Shown piece after piece: positions 49,943-63,021 of a DNA stretch of 64,000 nucleotides. Source of the DNA: Octopus bimaculoides (taxonomy: Eukaryota); the NCBI RefSeq assembly GCF_001194135.2, contig NC_068994.1, positions 18,377,198 through 18,441,197 on the forward strand, written 5' to 3'. The position numbers and the translations under genes were made by a program. How positions within the stretch are numbered: the stretch's first letter is position 1; the number at the start of each line of letters is the position of its first letter. Under the pieces are notes generated by a model that made no database searches, was not told the DNA's origin, and saw only the letters and a program-made list of their open reading frames with translations.

Positions 49943-50899
49943 TGTGATAAATAGTTTTACAAAGCCCATATTTACAGGTTGTGCACAACTCACTTTACAC
50001 AACTGTATACATAAGAGGGTGAAAAGGAGAGATTTGGTGTCACATGATTATGAAATGCAAAGAACTATGGGAAATTTTTAACCAAGTTTTTACATTTTTT
50101 TTCTTTGCTGGCTGGGAGATAAGGAGAGTTATTTTTAATTCAAATTACAAGTTTATATAAATAATTTTCGGAATAAAAAAAACATGACATTTGTAGGTTA
50201 ATTTATGGTGTTATTTCTGCTATAATTAAGGATTCTTATAATGTTCTATGTTTTTTTTATCACTGATTTTTAAGTAATATATTGTTTTTTTATATGTTGT
50301 TCTAGTAAGGTATATTCTTTCTGTGTGTACATATTGCGCTTTGTTGGAAGTGCAAAGTAAGATGTTTTGACAAGGGCATGAAAGGTTAAAACTGCTCGTT
50401 ATGATTACAATTCTAACAGCAAATAACTTTAGGCTGATGATCTTTGCAATCATGACACCCAAAGTTCACTCCCACTGTATGACAGCATGACTATTTTATC
50501 ATGGGCTTGAGTCAACTGTTAATGAAGTTGGGTGCATGAAATTGGATAGAAGAAACCCACTGGATGGAGTATACAGATTGGCAGAATCTGATGAGCCCAA
50601 GGATTGCATTGTGCTCCAGGGTCTGCTTTGACATGGTTTCTATGACTGGATGCCCTTCCTTCCTAGTCACACTCACACTGTTTCATGCTGATTCTACCTG
50701 AGGATTATATGAAAGGTACAAATGTATGTGAAATACTCAACCACTTAACACTTTGCATTCAACTCCACACTTCATACCCTTGGCCAGTTCCTTCCAAATT
50801 TTTTCCCTTTCACTCCGAAAGGCTCCCCACATGCCAAGGGTAAGAATACTTCCAGCTACTTCAAACAAACATGGCTGGTTGATGTGACGATATCCCTTC

Positions 50900-51480
50900 C
50901 ATTACACTTCAACAATATAACCTCAGGAATTGCTCCTACATTTACCAAATTGCCTAACGTCCCCTTCTCTACAGGAATATCATGCTTTAGTACACTTTAT
51001 TCCAAAGAAAGACAGCAACTCTAGCCCAACAAACTTTTGCCCAATTCCTCTCACCTCTAACAAGAAGGTAATGTAGATAGCCATTGACAAGGACATTCTC
51101 CATCACCATGAATCAATCCCTCCTCCCTCTCCCCTTAGTGATCACCATTACGGCTTCTGCAGAGCCAGATCCACTGGGGCCCTACTCTCTTATGTCATTC
51201 CTCCTCAGCAGGGTCTCGTTTTAGAGATGTTCAGTAAAAGCAATATAGTTGCTTTAGACATCAGCAAAGCAGTCACTATTGTGTCTGGCATGGAAATCCA
51301 TCAAAACGTCCTGCATATGGGCTCCACCTACAATTTCTTGGGTTGTCAGTTCCACTATTATGACCTCTGGTATGTTCAACCCCTCCTATGTCGACTGACC
51401 ACTGTGCCCAATACTTGTTCCCTTAGAATATTGGCCCTTCTGGAATCTCCTTCCCGCATACATCTTCCCAGCAGATGTTG
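50900..51480 (+). mobile_element. decayed CR1/Jockey-group LINE reverse transcriptase
   Basis: Frameshifted motifs IPKK..S.PTNF.PI.LTS, LSDHHYGFCRARSTG.LLSYV and IVALDISKA..VWH. Confidence 0.7.
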
Positions 51481-51569
51481 ATCTGCAACAGTTAACAATC
51501 ATACCAGTCTTGAAGGGCCTGAAAAAAAACCATAAGTTATATCCCTTCCTCCAGAATCCCCCTCCTCAT

Positions 51570-51955
51570 CATCATCATTTGACATACATTTTCCATCCTG
51601 GCAGTGGTTGGACGGCTTGACAGGAACTGGTAGGGTCAGGGGCTGCACCAAGCTCCATAGTCTGTTTTGGATTGGTTTCTATGGCTGGATGTCCATCCTA
51701 ATGCCAACTACTCCACAGCTACTTGGGTGCTTTTTACATGGCACCAGCATCAGTGCTTTTTATGAGCTGCCAGCACCCACACCAACACTTTTAATGTGGC
51801 ACCTTGGTTTTACGATTTCAATTCTGTTGTGTGGCTGGGTCTTCTCAAGTACAGCCGTGAACCACATATCTTATTCCTCTGTCATCTCCTTCATAAGGAT
51901 CAGTGTTTTGAGATCGGCCTTCAGTACTCTGTCCCATGTATTCCTGGGTCTAGTG
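51570..51955 (-). mobile_element. RTE LINE 3' end (family C), decayed
   Basis: Minus strand RPRNTWDRVLKADLKTL..AVLEKT plus UTR with GGATG(C/T)CC motif and tail. Confidence 0.65.
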
Positions 51956-52324
51956 TATCAAATAACTGCAATATTCATTGTTGAAACTGTTGGTGAATCC
52001 ACAGACATGCTCTTGTATATATTCTTTAAATGTTGTTATGATGTTTCATGCAACATTCATTGCAGCATCATAGTTACATTTCAAAATAATAAATTCCTTT
52101 ATATAAAGGAAAATGGTAAAGATGGTTTAAGCTGAAGCCATGGTACCTGCTCAAAACTAAGAATGTAGCTTTGGAAAGGTGCTAGTAAATAAACAAACTG
52201 AAAAATGAATAACTTTGATATGAAAAGCCTGTTTCTTAAGGGAATTAAAACAATTTTCCTTCAAAAAAAAAAGAAAAAAAAAAGGAAAAAAAAAAACGAA
52301 AGAAAAAAAAGACTACATTCAAGG

Positions 52325-52720
52325 TACAGGTGTGGCCGTGTGGTAAAAAGTTTGCTTCCCAACCACAGGTTCAATCCTACTGTTTGGTACCTTCAGCAAG
52401 TGTTTTCTACTATAGCCCTTGGCCAACCAAAGCCTTGTGAGTGGATTTGGTAAATGGAAACTGAAAGAAACCCATTATATATCATATTATGTGTGTGTGT
52501 ATGTGTGTTTATGTTTGTCCCCTATCATTGCTTGACAACTGGTGTTGGCTTGTTTACATCCACATAACTTAGCAGTTTAGCAAGAGAAACTGATAGAATG
52601 AGTACTACGCTTAAAAAAAAACAAAAACTATCAGCATGGTGGTCAATTTGTTTAACTAGAACCTTCAGGGTGGTGCTTTAGCATGGCCATGGTTCAATGG
52701 CTGAAACAAGTAAAAGATAG
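52325..52720 (+). mobile_element. family A SINE, older
   Basis: Family A motifs. Confidence 0.75.
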
Positions 52721-52921
52721 AGAGATATTTTGAAGCAGTGATATTAGACATAAACCAAATTTCTGTTGTTCCAGTAGTTATGCCTCTGTTATCAAGGTGT
52801 GGAAAACACAAATCTTAGTGCTGGCAAACCATTTACAATCTTCAAGAATACTAATAGTCTAAGAATTCTGACATTAATAATGTATGGAGAAATATGTTTC
52901 AAGAATCTTGAACAATTTAGT

Positions 52922-52923
<2 letters not shown>

Positions 52924-52958
<35 letters not shown>

Positions 52959-52961
52959 AAA
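52924..52961 (+). repeat. poly-A tract
   Basis: Read directly; explains the poly-K/poly-F ORFs. Confidence 0.9.
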
Positions 52962-53409
52962 AAGGGGGAAAGAAAAATATATTTATTAATGAATCTCAAC
53001 ATAGAAAGTAGTTTATTCTCAAGAATGGTGGAAAACAACGACAAGAAATATTCTAAACAGATTAATAAAAAAAGTGCTAACATCTGGGAAGCTATTAAAT
53101 AACTGAAAGAAAATATCTGGCAAGCAATAAACATCTGTAACTTACTTTAGAGTTTACTGACAGAAGTTATCTGGCAACAGCTGTATGTACCGCTTTTATG
53201 ATAAGAAAGCAAAAAATATGTCAGCTCGAAGTAAATTAGACATGTTTGCATCAAGCACCTATCTAAATATTACCATAAAGGTCATGAATTCAACCGTAAC
53301 CTCAGTTATTTGGTTTAGTTTTGTTTTTTTAAACATTGTCAAGATTAGAGTATTAGAGTCAGAATAGCTAGCTATTGATGTTCTGCATTGATTTACCTCT
53401 TATATTTAA

Positions 53410-54233
53410 CCCTTTAGAAATTCTAACTGAGCATATCTGGCCAGATCCAGCCATTCACATCTACCCTGCATTGTCATTCTAAAAATAATCATTGCATCAT
53501 TGAAATCTCAAGCGATGCTGGTGGGGACAAACACACACACACACACACACACACACAATGGGTTTCTTTCAGTTTCCATCTAGCAAATCCACTCATAAAG
53601 TTTTGGTCAGCCTCAGGCTATAGTAGAAGACACTTACCCATGGTGCCACACTGGGATTGAACCCGGAACCATGTAGTTGAGAAGCAAGCTTCTTACCACA
53701 CAGCCACGCCTGTACCCAATGAACGATTAATTCAAAACAATGTGAAGGAATGAACATTACATGCAACAGAGTAACCTGAATACTAAAGGTTTAACCCCTT
53801 AGTATTTAAACTGGCCATATCTGGCCCAAATATTCTGTTTTATGTTATTGTATCAGTTTTATGCTCAAATTGGCCAGATCTGGCCTCACACATCATCATC
53901 CATTTTCCAGGAAATGGCAAGACCAGGGGCTGCATCAAGTTTCATGTTTTAACTTGGTTTCTACAGCTGGATGTCCTTTCTGATGCCAACCACTTTACAG
54001 AGTGTACTGCGTGCTTTTCATGTGGTACCATCACCAGTGCTTTTTAAATGGCACCAGCAACACATCAGTGCTTTTTATGTGGCAACTTGGTTTTAGGATC
54101 TCAATTCTGTTGTGGTGGGTTGGTCTTCTTGAGTACACAGCTACCCTATGGTGTCATTTTAAGATTAAACAATCACATCATCAAGTGAAGAAATAAGCAT
54201 TTCATTTGACAGAATAATCTGAATGCTAAAGAG
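53410..54233. mobile_element. two tandem H1 MITEs sharing one TTAA (53791-53794), each interrupted by a retroelement
   Basis: TTAA-CCCTTTAG..CTAAAGGT-TTAA-CCCCTTAG..GCTAAAGAG-TTAA, with a family A half at 53510-53715 and a family C piece at 53895-54150 inside. Confidence 0.65.
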
Positions 54234-54897
54234 TTAAACCGTAATGTCCAAGTGTTACAGATTAAAAACATAAACGAAAGAAAAAACTCTTCCATTCAAC
54301 CTTGATCTGTGCTATTGCATTGTGACTAAGCATGTTTTAACAGTTCCTTCTCATTTCTTATAAAAAACATGTAAATGAAACACACCTCAGTCTCTGCAGA
54401 AGGAGAAGCCACATTGACTTTGGTGAGGTTTGAATACAAAATGTAAAAATTAAGAATAAATACAAGGCATTTTTCTGATGTTATAACATGCCTGGCAACC
54501 CCCACCCCCCACCGCCTTTGTCTGAAATTAATAATTCCAGTTAGAGTGATGGAAAGACACGATTGATGCTGTTTCCTTTCAAACCTCTATGTACTGTGTT
54601 CAAATCTTGACAGTTTGAATGTTGTGGAAAGATAAGAGCATTGATATTTTGAACTAAATCCTTCACAACAGAAGACCTATTTTTCCTTCTTTGATGAAGG
54701 GCTGTGCTCAAAATTCAGGGAATTTAGTATGTAATCTTTTTTTATCTTTTACTTGTTTCAGTTATTAGACTGTGGTCATGCTGGGGCACTGCCTAATAGG
54801 GTTTTAGTTGAACAAATTGACCCTAGGATATATTTCTTTTAAGCCTAATAGTCTATCGGTCTCTTTGGCTAAATTATGGGAACATAAACACATTAAC

Positions 54898-55089
54898 NNN
54901 NNNNNNNNNNNNNNNNNNNNNNNNNNNNNNNNNNNNNNNNNNNNNNNNNNNNNNNNNNNNNNNNNNNNNNNNNNNNNNNNNNNNNNNNNNNNNNNNNNNN
55001 NNNNNNNNNNNNNNNNNNNNNNNNNNNNNNNNNNNNNNNNNNNNNNNNNNNNNNNNNNNNNNNNNNNNNNNNNNNNNNNNNNNNNNNNN
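54898..55089. other. assembly gap
   Basis: N run; probably hides the left TIR of mariner copy 2. Confidence 1.
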
Positions 55090-55947
55090 TACACAAAAAT
55101 GAAAATAACACTGACATCTCATTTTAACAGATATATTAACCAAAATAACATTAAAATATCTTGAAATACTAAAGAGTAAATTTATTCAATAAAATTTCCA
55201 TTGGTTTCAACCACACCCTCCAGATAACTTTGGAATCTCCTGCAACTCTTGGGGATAGTCTCCTTGTTTAATTTGGTGAATGCTGCTTTGATCCTTGCCT
55301 TCATTTCATCTTTGGTGTTACAAGGAGTTTTGTTGGTCTCTCACTCAACTGCACCCCACACATAATAATCAAAGGGGTTGCAGTCTGGAGAGTTAGGTGG
55401 CCAGATGTTAGGAGTGATGTGGTTGCAGAAATTGTCTGACAAACATGACTGGGTTCTGCTGCTTGCGTGGCATGGTGCAGAGTCCTGCTGCCAAATATAG
55501 GGTCTTCCAACAGCCAGCCCCTTGACACAGGGCAGCAATAACTCCTCCAGGCACTTGATGTAGACCTCTGTGTTGAGACTGGGGCTGTGTGGGAAGATGA
55601 ATGGAGGCATAACATCACCATCATTAGTGATCACTCCAAACACCATGATGTTAACTGGAGGTATGATTTTTATCACTCTTGGTACATGTCCTCAGATTGC
55701 ACTGTCATCAGATTGACATCCAAACACTCTGAAATGTTTGTATTGGAGCTTCAGGCATGAATGCCATGCAGTACAGTATGTCATTTCTAAATTTCTGGCG
55801 GAGTGAATTGTGTCATGGTGCTGTTTTTCTTACAGACGGTGCCCAATTGACTGTATTATACTGTGTAGTCAACAGAATCAAAAACAAACAATGCACATGC
55901 GTGAAATTAAAATTATAAAATGACGACAATTTATCCATCACACCCTG
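55090..55947 (-). mobile_element. Tc1/mariner DD37D (maT) internally deleted copy 2
   Basis: ORF 55341-55676 has WQQDSAPCH..WPPNSPDCNPFDY. Terminus CAGGGTGTGATGGATAAATTGTC abuts TA at 55948. The other end is probably in the N gap. It sits between the two halves of a family A SINE. Confidence 0.9.
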
Positions 55948-57512
55948 TACATACACACATGACAAGGTTTTTACAGTTTCCATCTACCAAATCCACTCAC
56001 AAGGTTTTGGTTGTTCTTTGTCTATAGTAGAAGACACTTGCCCAAGGTGCCATGCAGTGAAACTGATCCCAGAAACTATGTGGTTGGGAAGGAAGCTTCT
56101 CACCACACAGTCATGTCTGTGCTATAATGATAGACTTTCGCTTTTACCAACAAGGTCAAGATTGCTATTATCCCTGCAGACATGATAAAACCAGTACCAG
56201 TATCAGTACCAGGTATATAATGGGTTAATTCAATTGACTATTCTCCATATCAATAGATTTATGGCCTTATGACACTGTATGAAATCAATAACAGTTTTAT
56301 GTCATAGCCTTGTTTGTAAATTTAACTTTACTGCCAATCAAATAATAAAATTGCAGTGAAATCTAATCTGATTGAGTCAAAGGTTAGTTGAGTATTACAA
56401 ATCGGGGGAATTTGTTTTAGAAATTTCCTGGAAATACCAATAATGGTAGCAACAATAACAACAGTTTAATTTTTACCACAGTATCAAATATAGAGGTTGC
56501 ATCGGTGGTGATGACAACGGCAACGATGACAGCAACAGAAATTGTTTCAATATCAACAGTATCACTGATACTGAAATAATAGGGAAGGAATTTACACTAA
56601 TAACATTACCAACAACACCAAAAAAAAAAGCCTTAGAGGGAGGGAGGGGAATAAATATGAGCGTTAATTGATATACTAATACAACAGCTAAAATGCTTCC
56701 TCATATGTTAACTATTACTTTTTCGCATTATGACCATAGTTTCTAATGTCAACACTTTACAATAACAAACAGAATATAGAGGCACAATCGTAATCTGAAA
56801 GCTAATGAAGCAATTAAATTCCATTAAATCAAACATTGCAAACATCCAATTTGTTGAAAGTAGTGCTAGTGAGCTATAATCAAGCAGACTGATATTCTCC
56901 TGTTATAAATTTATTTGATCAATGATGACTGAGACTATATGATGAAACAAAGAACTAGGTATAAATGTTGCATTTATTACAATGTTGTACAGTGCATACT
57001 TGAAGCAAAAATTAATGCCATACTTAAGGTAGTTAAACTGGAACATTTGTTTTATAAATAGGTAAATATGCCATACATTTGAGTAAGGCCTATAGAATTC
57101 TGGATGTTTTCTGAAATTGTAGAAGAGCCATCAAGAGCAATGGGGAGGCTGTTGAGAAAGCATCTAAATAGGTTTGGTTGTAAAGAGGCGATTGATGGAA
57201 TCAGTGGGATGCTGGTTGGAGAGTAAACCTATGCTTAATCAACCTGGGTCAGGCCATTTGGACATAGGTATATGTTGAAAGACTTGAAACAACCAGTGAC
57301 TCCAGGATACAATGCTGATGATGTGTTCAAGTATTGCTTCTGCAGATGTATGTTGAACTTAGTATAACTAGGTTTACAAAGAGAATGGAAAAATACTTAA
57401 AAATGGTGAAAATTGTCTATCTGAAATCAAACCTTACTAATCAAGAAACTGCAATGCAGAGCCAAACTGCTCCGTAACACACACACACACACATACATAC
57501 ATACATACATAT

Positions 57513-57912
57513 GCCACAGGAGTGGCTGTGTGGTAAGTAGCGTGCTTACCAACCACATGGTTCCGGGTTCAGTCCCACTGCGTGGAACCTTGGGCAAGTG
57601 TCTTCTGCTATAACCTCGGGCCGACCAAAGCCTTGTGAGTGGATTTGGTAGACGGAAACTGAAAGAAGCCCGTCGTATATATGTATATATATATATGTTT
57701 GTGTGTCTGTGTTTTTCCCCCCACCATCGCTTGACAACCGATGCTGGTGTGTTTACGTCCCCGTAACTTAGCGGTTTGGCAAAAAGAGACCGATAGAATA
57801 AGTACTAGGCTTACAAAGGATAAGTCCTGGGGTCGATTTGATTCGACTAAAGGCGGTGCTCCAGCATAGCCGCAGCCAAATGACTGAAACAAGTAAAAGA
57901 GAGTAAAAAGAG

Positions 57913-57913
<1 letters not shown>
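57513..57913 (+). mobile_element. young family A SINE
   Basis: Full head-to-tail copy. Confidence 0.9.
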
Positions 57914-57947
<34 letters not shown>

Positions 57948-59115
57948 AGGCTTGTGAGGGTGCATGGCAGTTCCAGTATCTTTGTCTTGTGACCATTTGC
58001 ACCAATGATGTATTTTTGGTAGCTTCCACCGATAAAGAATTCTTATTCTTGTATTTGCATTATGTGAACAGAATGTCATGATGCAAGTGAAACCTAGACT
58101 TTTTTCAAAATACCTTATTTATTATTTTGTTTAATAATCACTGTTTTTTTATTTATTATAATGGACACCATGGGCAAGTGTCTTGTACTAAAATCTCATG
58201 TTGACCAATATCCTGAGTGGATTTGAGAGATGGAAAGTAAAAGAAGCCAAAAAACATGTGTATCTCTTTGTCTTGACGTTGTATGATTGTTGTAGATGGG
58301 TGTCAGTCATACAAGTCATGTCACTCATTTCCAGTCTTTTGTGAAAAAAATGTCTGATTAAGGGGAACTATTACCTTGCTTGGAAACAGATAAGGCTTGG
58401 CAATAGGATGGTTGTTTGGCCATAGAAAATCTGTCCCATGAATTCTGTTTGATCCATGCAAGCATGGAAAAGTGGACATAATGATGATGATGAAAACGCA
58501 AGAGAAAGAAAAAAAACCCACATTTTATCAAATATCTTAAAACAAACAAATTCTAAATCAGTCATGTATGCAGGTATTTTGAAAATACCTCACAGAGTGA
58601 CAACCATGTCCTGCATGGTTATGGACTGCCCATAGGCAAAGCTTAGTACCTGTTCAGCCACCCTGCCAGAGGTATGGTGAAGTCATGGGACTGCAGCATG
58701 GTGGATTGTGAAGAGGTAGCAGAAGAGCTCAACTGAGCCAATGGTGATTCTTACACTGATGCTGAGTGGAAGAATCCTAGAAGATCAACTATCAGGATCA
58801 CCAAGCTTTATCAAGAGAACAACTGCAATGCTTCCATAGGGGTAGAGGCCATGGTTGTGTAACCAGCTAATGAAAGATTTACTATGACTCAAGCTGCCAA
58901 TTCAAATTCATAATAATGGAATTGGGTTGCGAAAGCAGTGAATAAAAATCATAACAGTTGCAATGAATACACTAAAGACATTTCTTTAATTTTGTTACTT
59001 TTGTGGAATGCAACACCCTGAGGAAAACTATATTAAAGTTTAGTAACTCCAAAATAATTTATGTTTAATTAACCCTTACTTAGGTTTAACGAAGATAATA
59101 TTTTTATGCCTAAAT

Positions 59116-59499
59116 GTTGTTGGCACTCCGTCGCTTATGATGTCGAGGGTTCCAGTTAATCTGATCAACGGAACAGCCTGCTCGTGAAATTAATGTGCAA
59201 GTAGCTGAGCACTCCACAGACACATGTACCCTTAATGTAGTTCTTGGGGATATTCAGCATGACACAGTGTGACAAGGCTGACCCTTTGAATTACAGGCAC
59301 AACAGAAACAAGAAGTAAGAGTGAGAGAAAGTTGTGGTGGAAGAGTACAGCAGGGTTTGCCACCATCCCCTGCCGGAGCCTTGTGGAGCTGTAGGTGTTT
59401 TCGCTCAATAAACACTCACAACACCCGGTCTGGGAATCGAAACCGCGATCCTATGACCGCGAGTCCGCTGCCCTAACCACTGGGCCATTGCGCCTCCAC
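59116..59499 (-). mobile_element. full-length family D SINE with 11-bp TSD
   Basis: Reverse complement of 61428-61817; TSD TATGCCTAAAT at 59105-59115 and 59500-59510. Confidence 0.9.
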
Positions 59500-60299
59500 T
59501 ATGCCTAAATAGAGAGAAGAGAAATAATTGCAGTGATGAAGTCTATATGGTTTCTTTTTTAACAATATTAAATAATTCCGAATGAGAAAATCTAGCTAGA
59601 AAGTATAAAGGACAACCATAACAATATTTGATAGGAACTTAAATTATAATTTGCATTATTTTCCATACCTGTGATAACTCTGCTGTTGGTATAAAAAAGA
59701 GGTGAAATTATCCGACCAATACCTCCCATCTGTTTGCGTATAACACAAAGAAAAGGACATAAACAAATGAACGCTAATTAAGAAATGCAGAACTATCTTT
59801 ACTTTGAGATACATTTTCTAACACGTCTATAAAACAAACATCAAATTTAAATTTTTTTTAAAAAAGGAGTTTTGACAATTGTGATAGATATTATTAAACA
59901 ATATTTCTGTCTCAGAAAGAGAATTTGACAGCACAACATTTAAACAAGACAAAAATAAGTTTGTCAACATTTTCAGGACCTTTTTTGTCAAGAAAAAAAA
60001 AAAGTTGATTTACTGATTTTAAGAGTCAGTTAACAATCATTTGTTAAAGAATACTATGAAGACAAATAAAGAAACTTTAATACTAAGAAAATCACATTAA
60101 ACATGAAAGCAATATGAAGTGATGTTAAGAAAAAAGAAGCATTTCTGTGAAGCTCTGAACTGAACAAACTTATGGTCAAAAGCATTCCAGTTTTGACCAA
60201 CCAATCCTTTATTTAAAGATACAGTGCAACTAGGACTACATTATCAAATGTGTCCTTTGCAACAAGGCTGTTGAGCATGATTTGAGAAAGATTTGGCTG

Positions 60300-60667
60300 A
60301 TCGTGATGGCACCTGTGCCCAGTGTCGCCTTCCTGGCCCTTGTGCCGGTGGCATGTGTAAAGACATTCGAGCGAGATCATTACCAGTGCTACTAGACTGG
60401 CTCCTATGCAGGTGGCACGAAAAATACACCATTTTGAGCATGGCCATTGCCAGTACCGCCTGACTGGCCTTCTTGCCGGTGGCACGTAAAAGCACCCACT
60501 ACACTCTCGGAGTGGTTGGCGTTAGGAAGGGCATCCAGCTTTAGAAACTCTGACAAATCAGATTGGAGCCTGGTGTAGCCATCTGGTTCACCAGTCTTCA
60601 GTCAAATCGTCCAACCCATGCTAGCATGGAAAGTGGACGTTAAACGATGATGATGATGATGATGATG

Positions 60668-60668
<1 letters not shown>
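60300..60668 (+). mobile_element. young family C copy
   Basis: GCCGGTGGCACGTAAAAGCACCCACTACACTCTCGGAGTGGTTGGCGTTAGGAAGGGCATCC..(GAT)n. Confidence 0.85.
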
Positions 60669-60713
<45 letters not shown>

Positions 60714-61304
60714 TTATTTATGTGTTTCAGCCAAGTGGCTGCGGTCATGCTGGTGCACCACCTTGCTATATATATATATATAGCAAGATGAACTATAATT
60801 TTAAAGAAGTTTTCTTGGCTTAGCCTTTAGCATGTTAATATATCTGCTACTAGAAAACAAAATCAAATATCTCACTTTCTAAGATAAATTCAAACATTAA
60901 GTATTTATTTAGTATACTATCATTTGCAATAATTTATCAATGAACTGATATTTATTTGTATATCTTAAGCGATCAAAAGAGGAAAGAAAAAAAAAATCTA
61001 GCAAAAAGGGAACCACTTATAAACAGTTAAATGTTTATTTCCTTGATTAAGGTACTAACCACATACCAATTTCCTGCTTTCTTCATAAGCTTACATTTCA
61101 ATATACATACACACAGCAGAAACTTTCATAAACTGAAGTAGTTAACTGGATCTAGTTGAGGAACATTTCTGCATTCAGCAAAGAGCTCCTTGAATAGATA
61201 TAAGGATGAATATGTTCACAAGTCACAGGTGATTCATCAAAGTCAATTCTATATTCTGGACATTTGCAGACTTAGGAGGGAAAAAAGATAAATCTTTATT
61301 TACA

Positions 61305-61416
61305 TCAGTCGTTCTCAACCATTTTTTTTACCTCTGGACTCCTTTGACTCTAATTTTACTCTACTGGACCTCCATGTCCAAAAAAAAATACAATAATAGT
61401 TGTATAATTAAATACT
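61305..61416. mobile_element. hAT-type MITE left arm interrupted by a family D SINE
   Basis: CAGTCGTTCTCAACCATTTTT start; related arms near 4275, 21300, 29180, 48597 and 49375. Confidence 0.5.
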
Positions 61417-61427
61417 ATTAGGAATTG

Positions 61428-61817
61428 AGCGGAGGCGCAATGGCCCAGTGGTTAGGGCAGCGGACTCGCGGTCATAGGATCGCGGTTTCGATTCCCAGAC
61501 CGGGCGTTGTGAGTGTTTATTGAGCGAAAACACCTAAAAGCTCCACGAGGCTCCGGTAGGGGATGGTGGCGAACCCTGCTGTACTCTCTCACCACAACTT
61601 TCTTTCACTCTTTCTTCCTGTTTCTGTTGTACCTGTAATTCAAAGGGTTAGCCTTGTCACACTGTGTCATGCTAAATATCCCCGAGAACTACGTTAAGGG
61701 TACACGTGTCTGTGGAGTGCTCAGACACTTGCACGTTAATTTCACGAGCAGGCTGTTCCGTTGATCGGATCAACTGGAACCCTCGACGTCGTAAGCGACG
61801 GAGTGCCAACAACAACA
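61428..61817 (+). mobile_element. full-length tRNA-derived SINE (family D) with 11-bp TSD
   Basis: Head GGAGGCGCAATGGCCCAGTGGTTAGGGCAGCGGACTCGCGG..GGTTTCGATTCCC has A/B boxes and is tRNA-Arg-like. (AAC)n tail; TSD ATTAGGAATTG at 61417-61427 and 61818-61828. Confidence 0.9.
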
Positions 61818-62384
61818 ATTAGGAATTGTATTAAAAAAAATTAACATGTTTGGCATGGCTGTATGGTAAGAAGTTTGCATAAAAGTAATAAGGTTACTGA
61901 AAACTTTATGAAGATCAACAGAAATTTCATCAAAAGTATTTGGATGCTGACTAGGAGTTGATTGAAGGTGGAAGATTTCAAGTGGAAAGTGATAGTGATG
62001 TGCCTCAAATGAAAGGTGTGGTACTCAATCAGCTGAGGATAGTAGTAGTGATGCAATATTGGTACTAGATAAACAGATTGCCAATTCCAAATAGTATCGT
62101 CAATTTTTAGGCATTTCTGTTAAGTAGTTTTCAGTCAGTTTCTCTTGAGATGTATTTTTTCTGTTTTACATGTTGAGTTCAAGTACAAACACTAAATATC
62201 TCCTCGTGTTCAGCACTGATAAGGGTAAATAACTTATACTTATTCCCAGTAGCAGGGTGAACTAAGACAAATGCAATCAAGCAACTTGTCCATTGGCCAC
62301 ATCTACAGTCAACCACATATCTACCAAGCCCAATCCATAATGTAACATCTGGTTAAAATAGCTATGATTCTATTTGCCAGTGAC

Positions 62385-62596
62385 TTTTAGCATTCAGATT
62401 ACTCTGGCAAATGTAATGCTCTTTTATACACATTGTTTTGAACTAATCATGCATTATCTTGTGACTTCAAGATTTCAATGATGTGATTGTTTGTTTTTAC
62501 AATGACATTGTAGGGTAGGTGTGAGATGTTGGATCTGGCCAGTTTGAACATAATAGAGGCAGAATATTTTGGCTGGTTTAAATGCTAAAAGGTTAA
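62385..62596. mobile_element. piggyBac-type MITE (H1), opposite orientation
   Basis: Reverse complement of the H1 core, ending AATGCTAAAAGG-TTAA. Confidence 0.65.
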
Positions 62597-62744
62597 TATT
62601 TTATTTATAATTCAACATACACTTGTCTTTTTTTTACTGTAAAAGCTATATTTAGAAATGAGAGTGTGTTCTCCCTTTGTTTCAAACTTGTGTAAGGCTC
62701 TGATTATGAATACTTGGCACACACTCATTTATGGCTCTCTGTAG

Positions 62745-63021
62745 GATTTTCGAGCGAGATCGTTGCCAGTGCCCCTGGACTGGCTTGTGCGGGTGGCACA
62801 TAAAAGACACCATTCCGAGCGTGGCCGTTTTCGTGCGGGTGACACGTAAAAGCACCCACTACACTCTCTGAGTGGTTGGCGTTAGGAAGGGCATCCAGCT
62901 GTAGAAACTCTGCCAAATCAGACTGGAGCCTGGTGTTGCCATCCGGTTTCACCAGTCCTCAGTCAAATCGTCCAACCCATGCTAGCATGGAAAGCGGACG
63001 TTAAACGATGATGATGATGAT
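62745..63021 (+). mobile_element. young family C copy
   Basis: Same sequence as 60300-60668, 5' truncated, (GAT)n tail. Confidence 0.85.

Noticed and set aside
50588-50620. CTGATGAGCCCAAGG
   Set aside because: No GAAA follows; part of a decayed family C copy.
52799-53134. Poly-Lys/poly-Phe ORFs; also YI, MYVC, HT and poly-Met ORFs elsewhere
   Set aside because: Translations of homopolymers and microsatellites.
57040-57460. Possible old LINE ORF2 remnant
   Set aside because: Higher-complexity sequence, but no motif could be assigned with confidence.
61428-61500. tRNA gene
   Set aside because: The head has A/B boxes but no complete cloverleaf and continues into a SINE body with TSDs.
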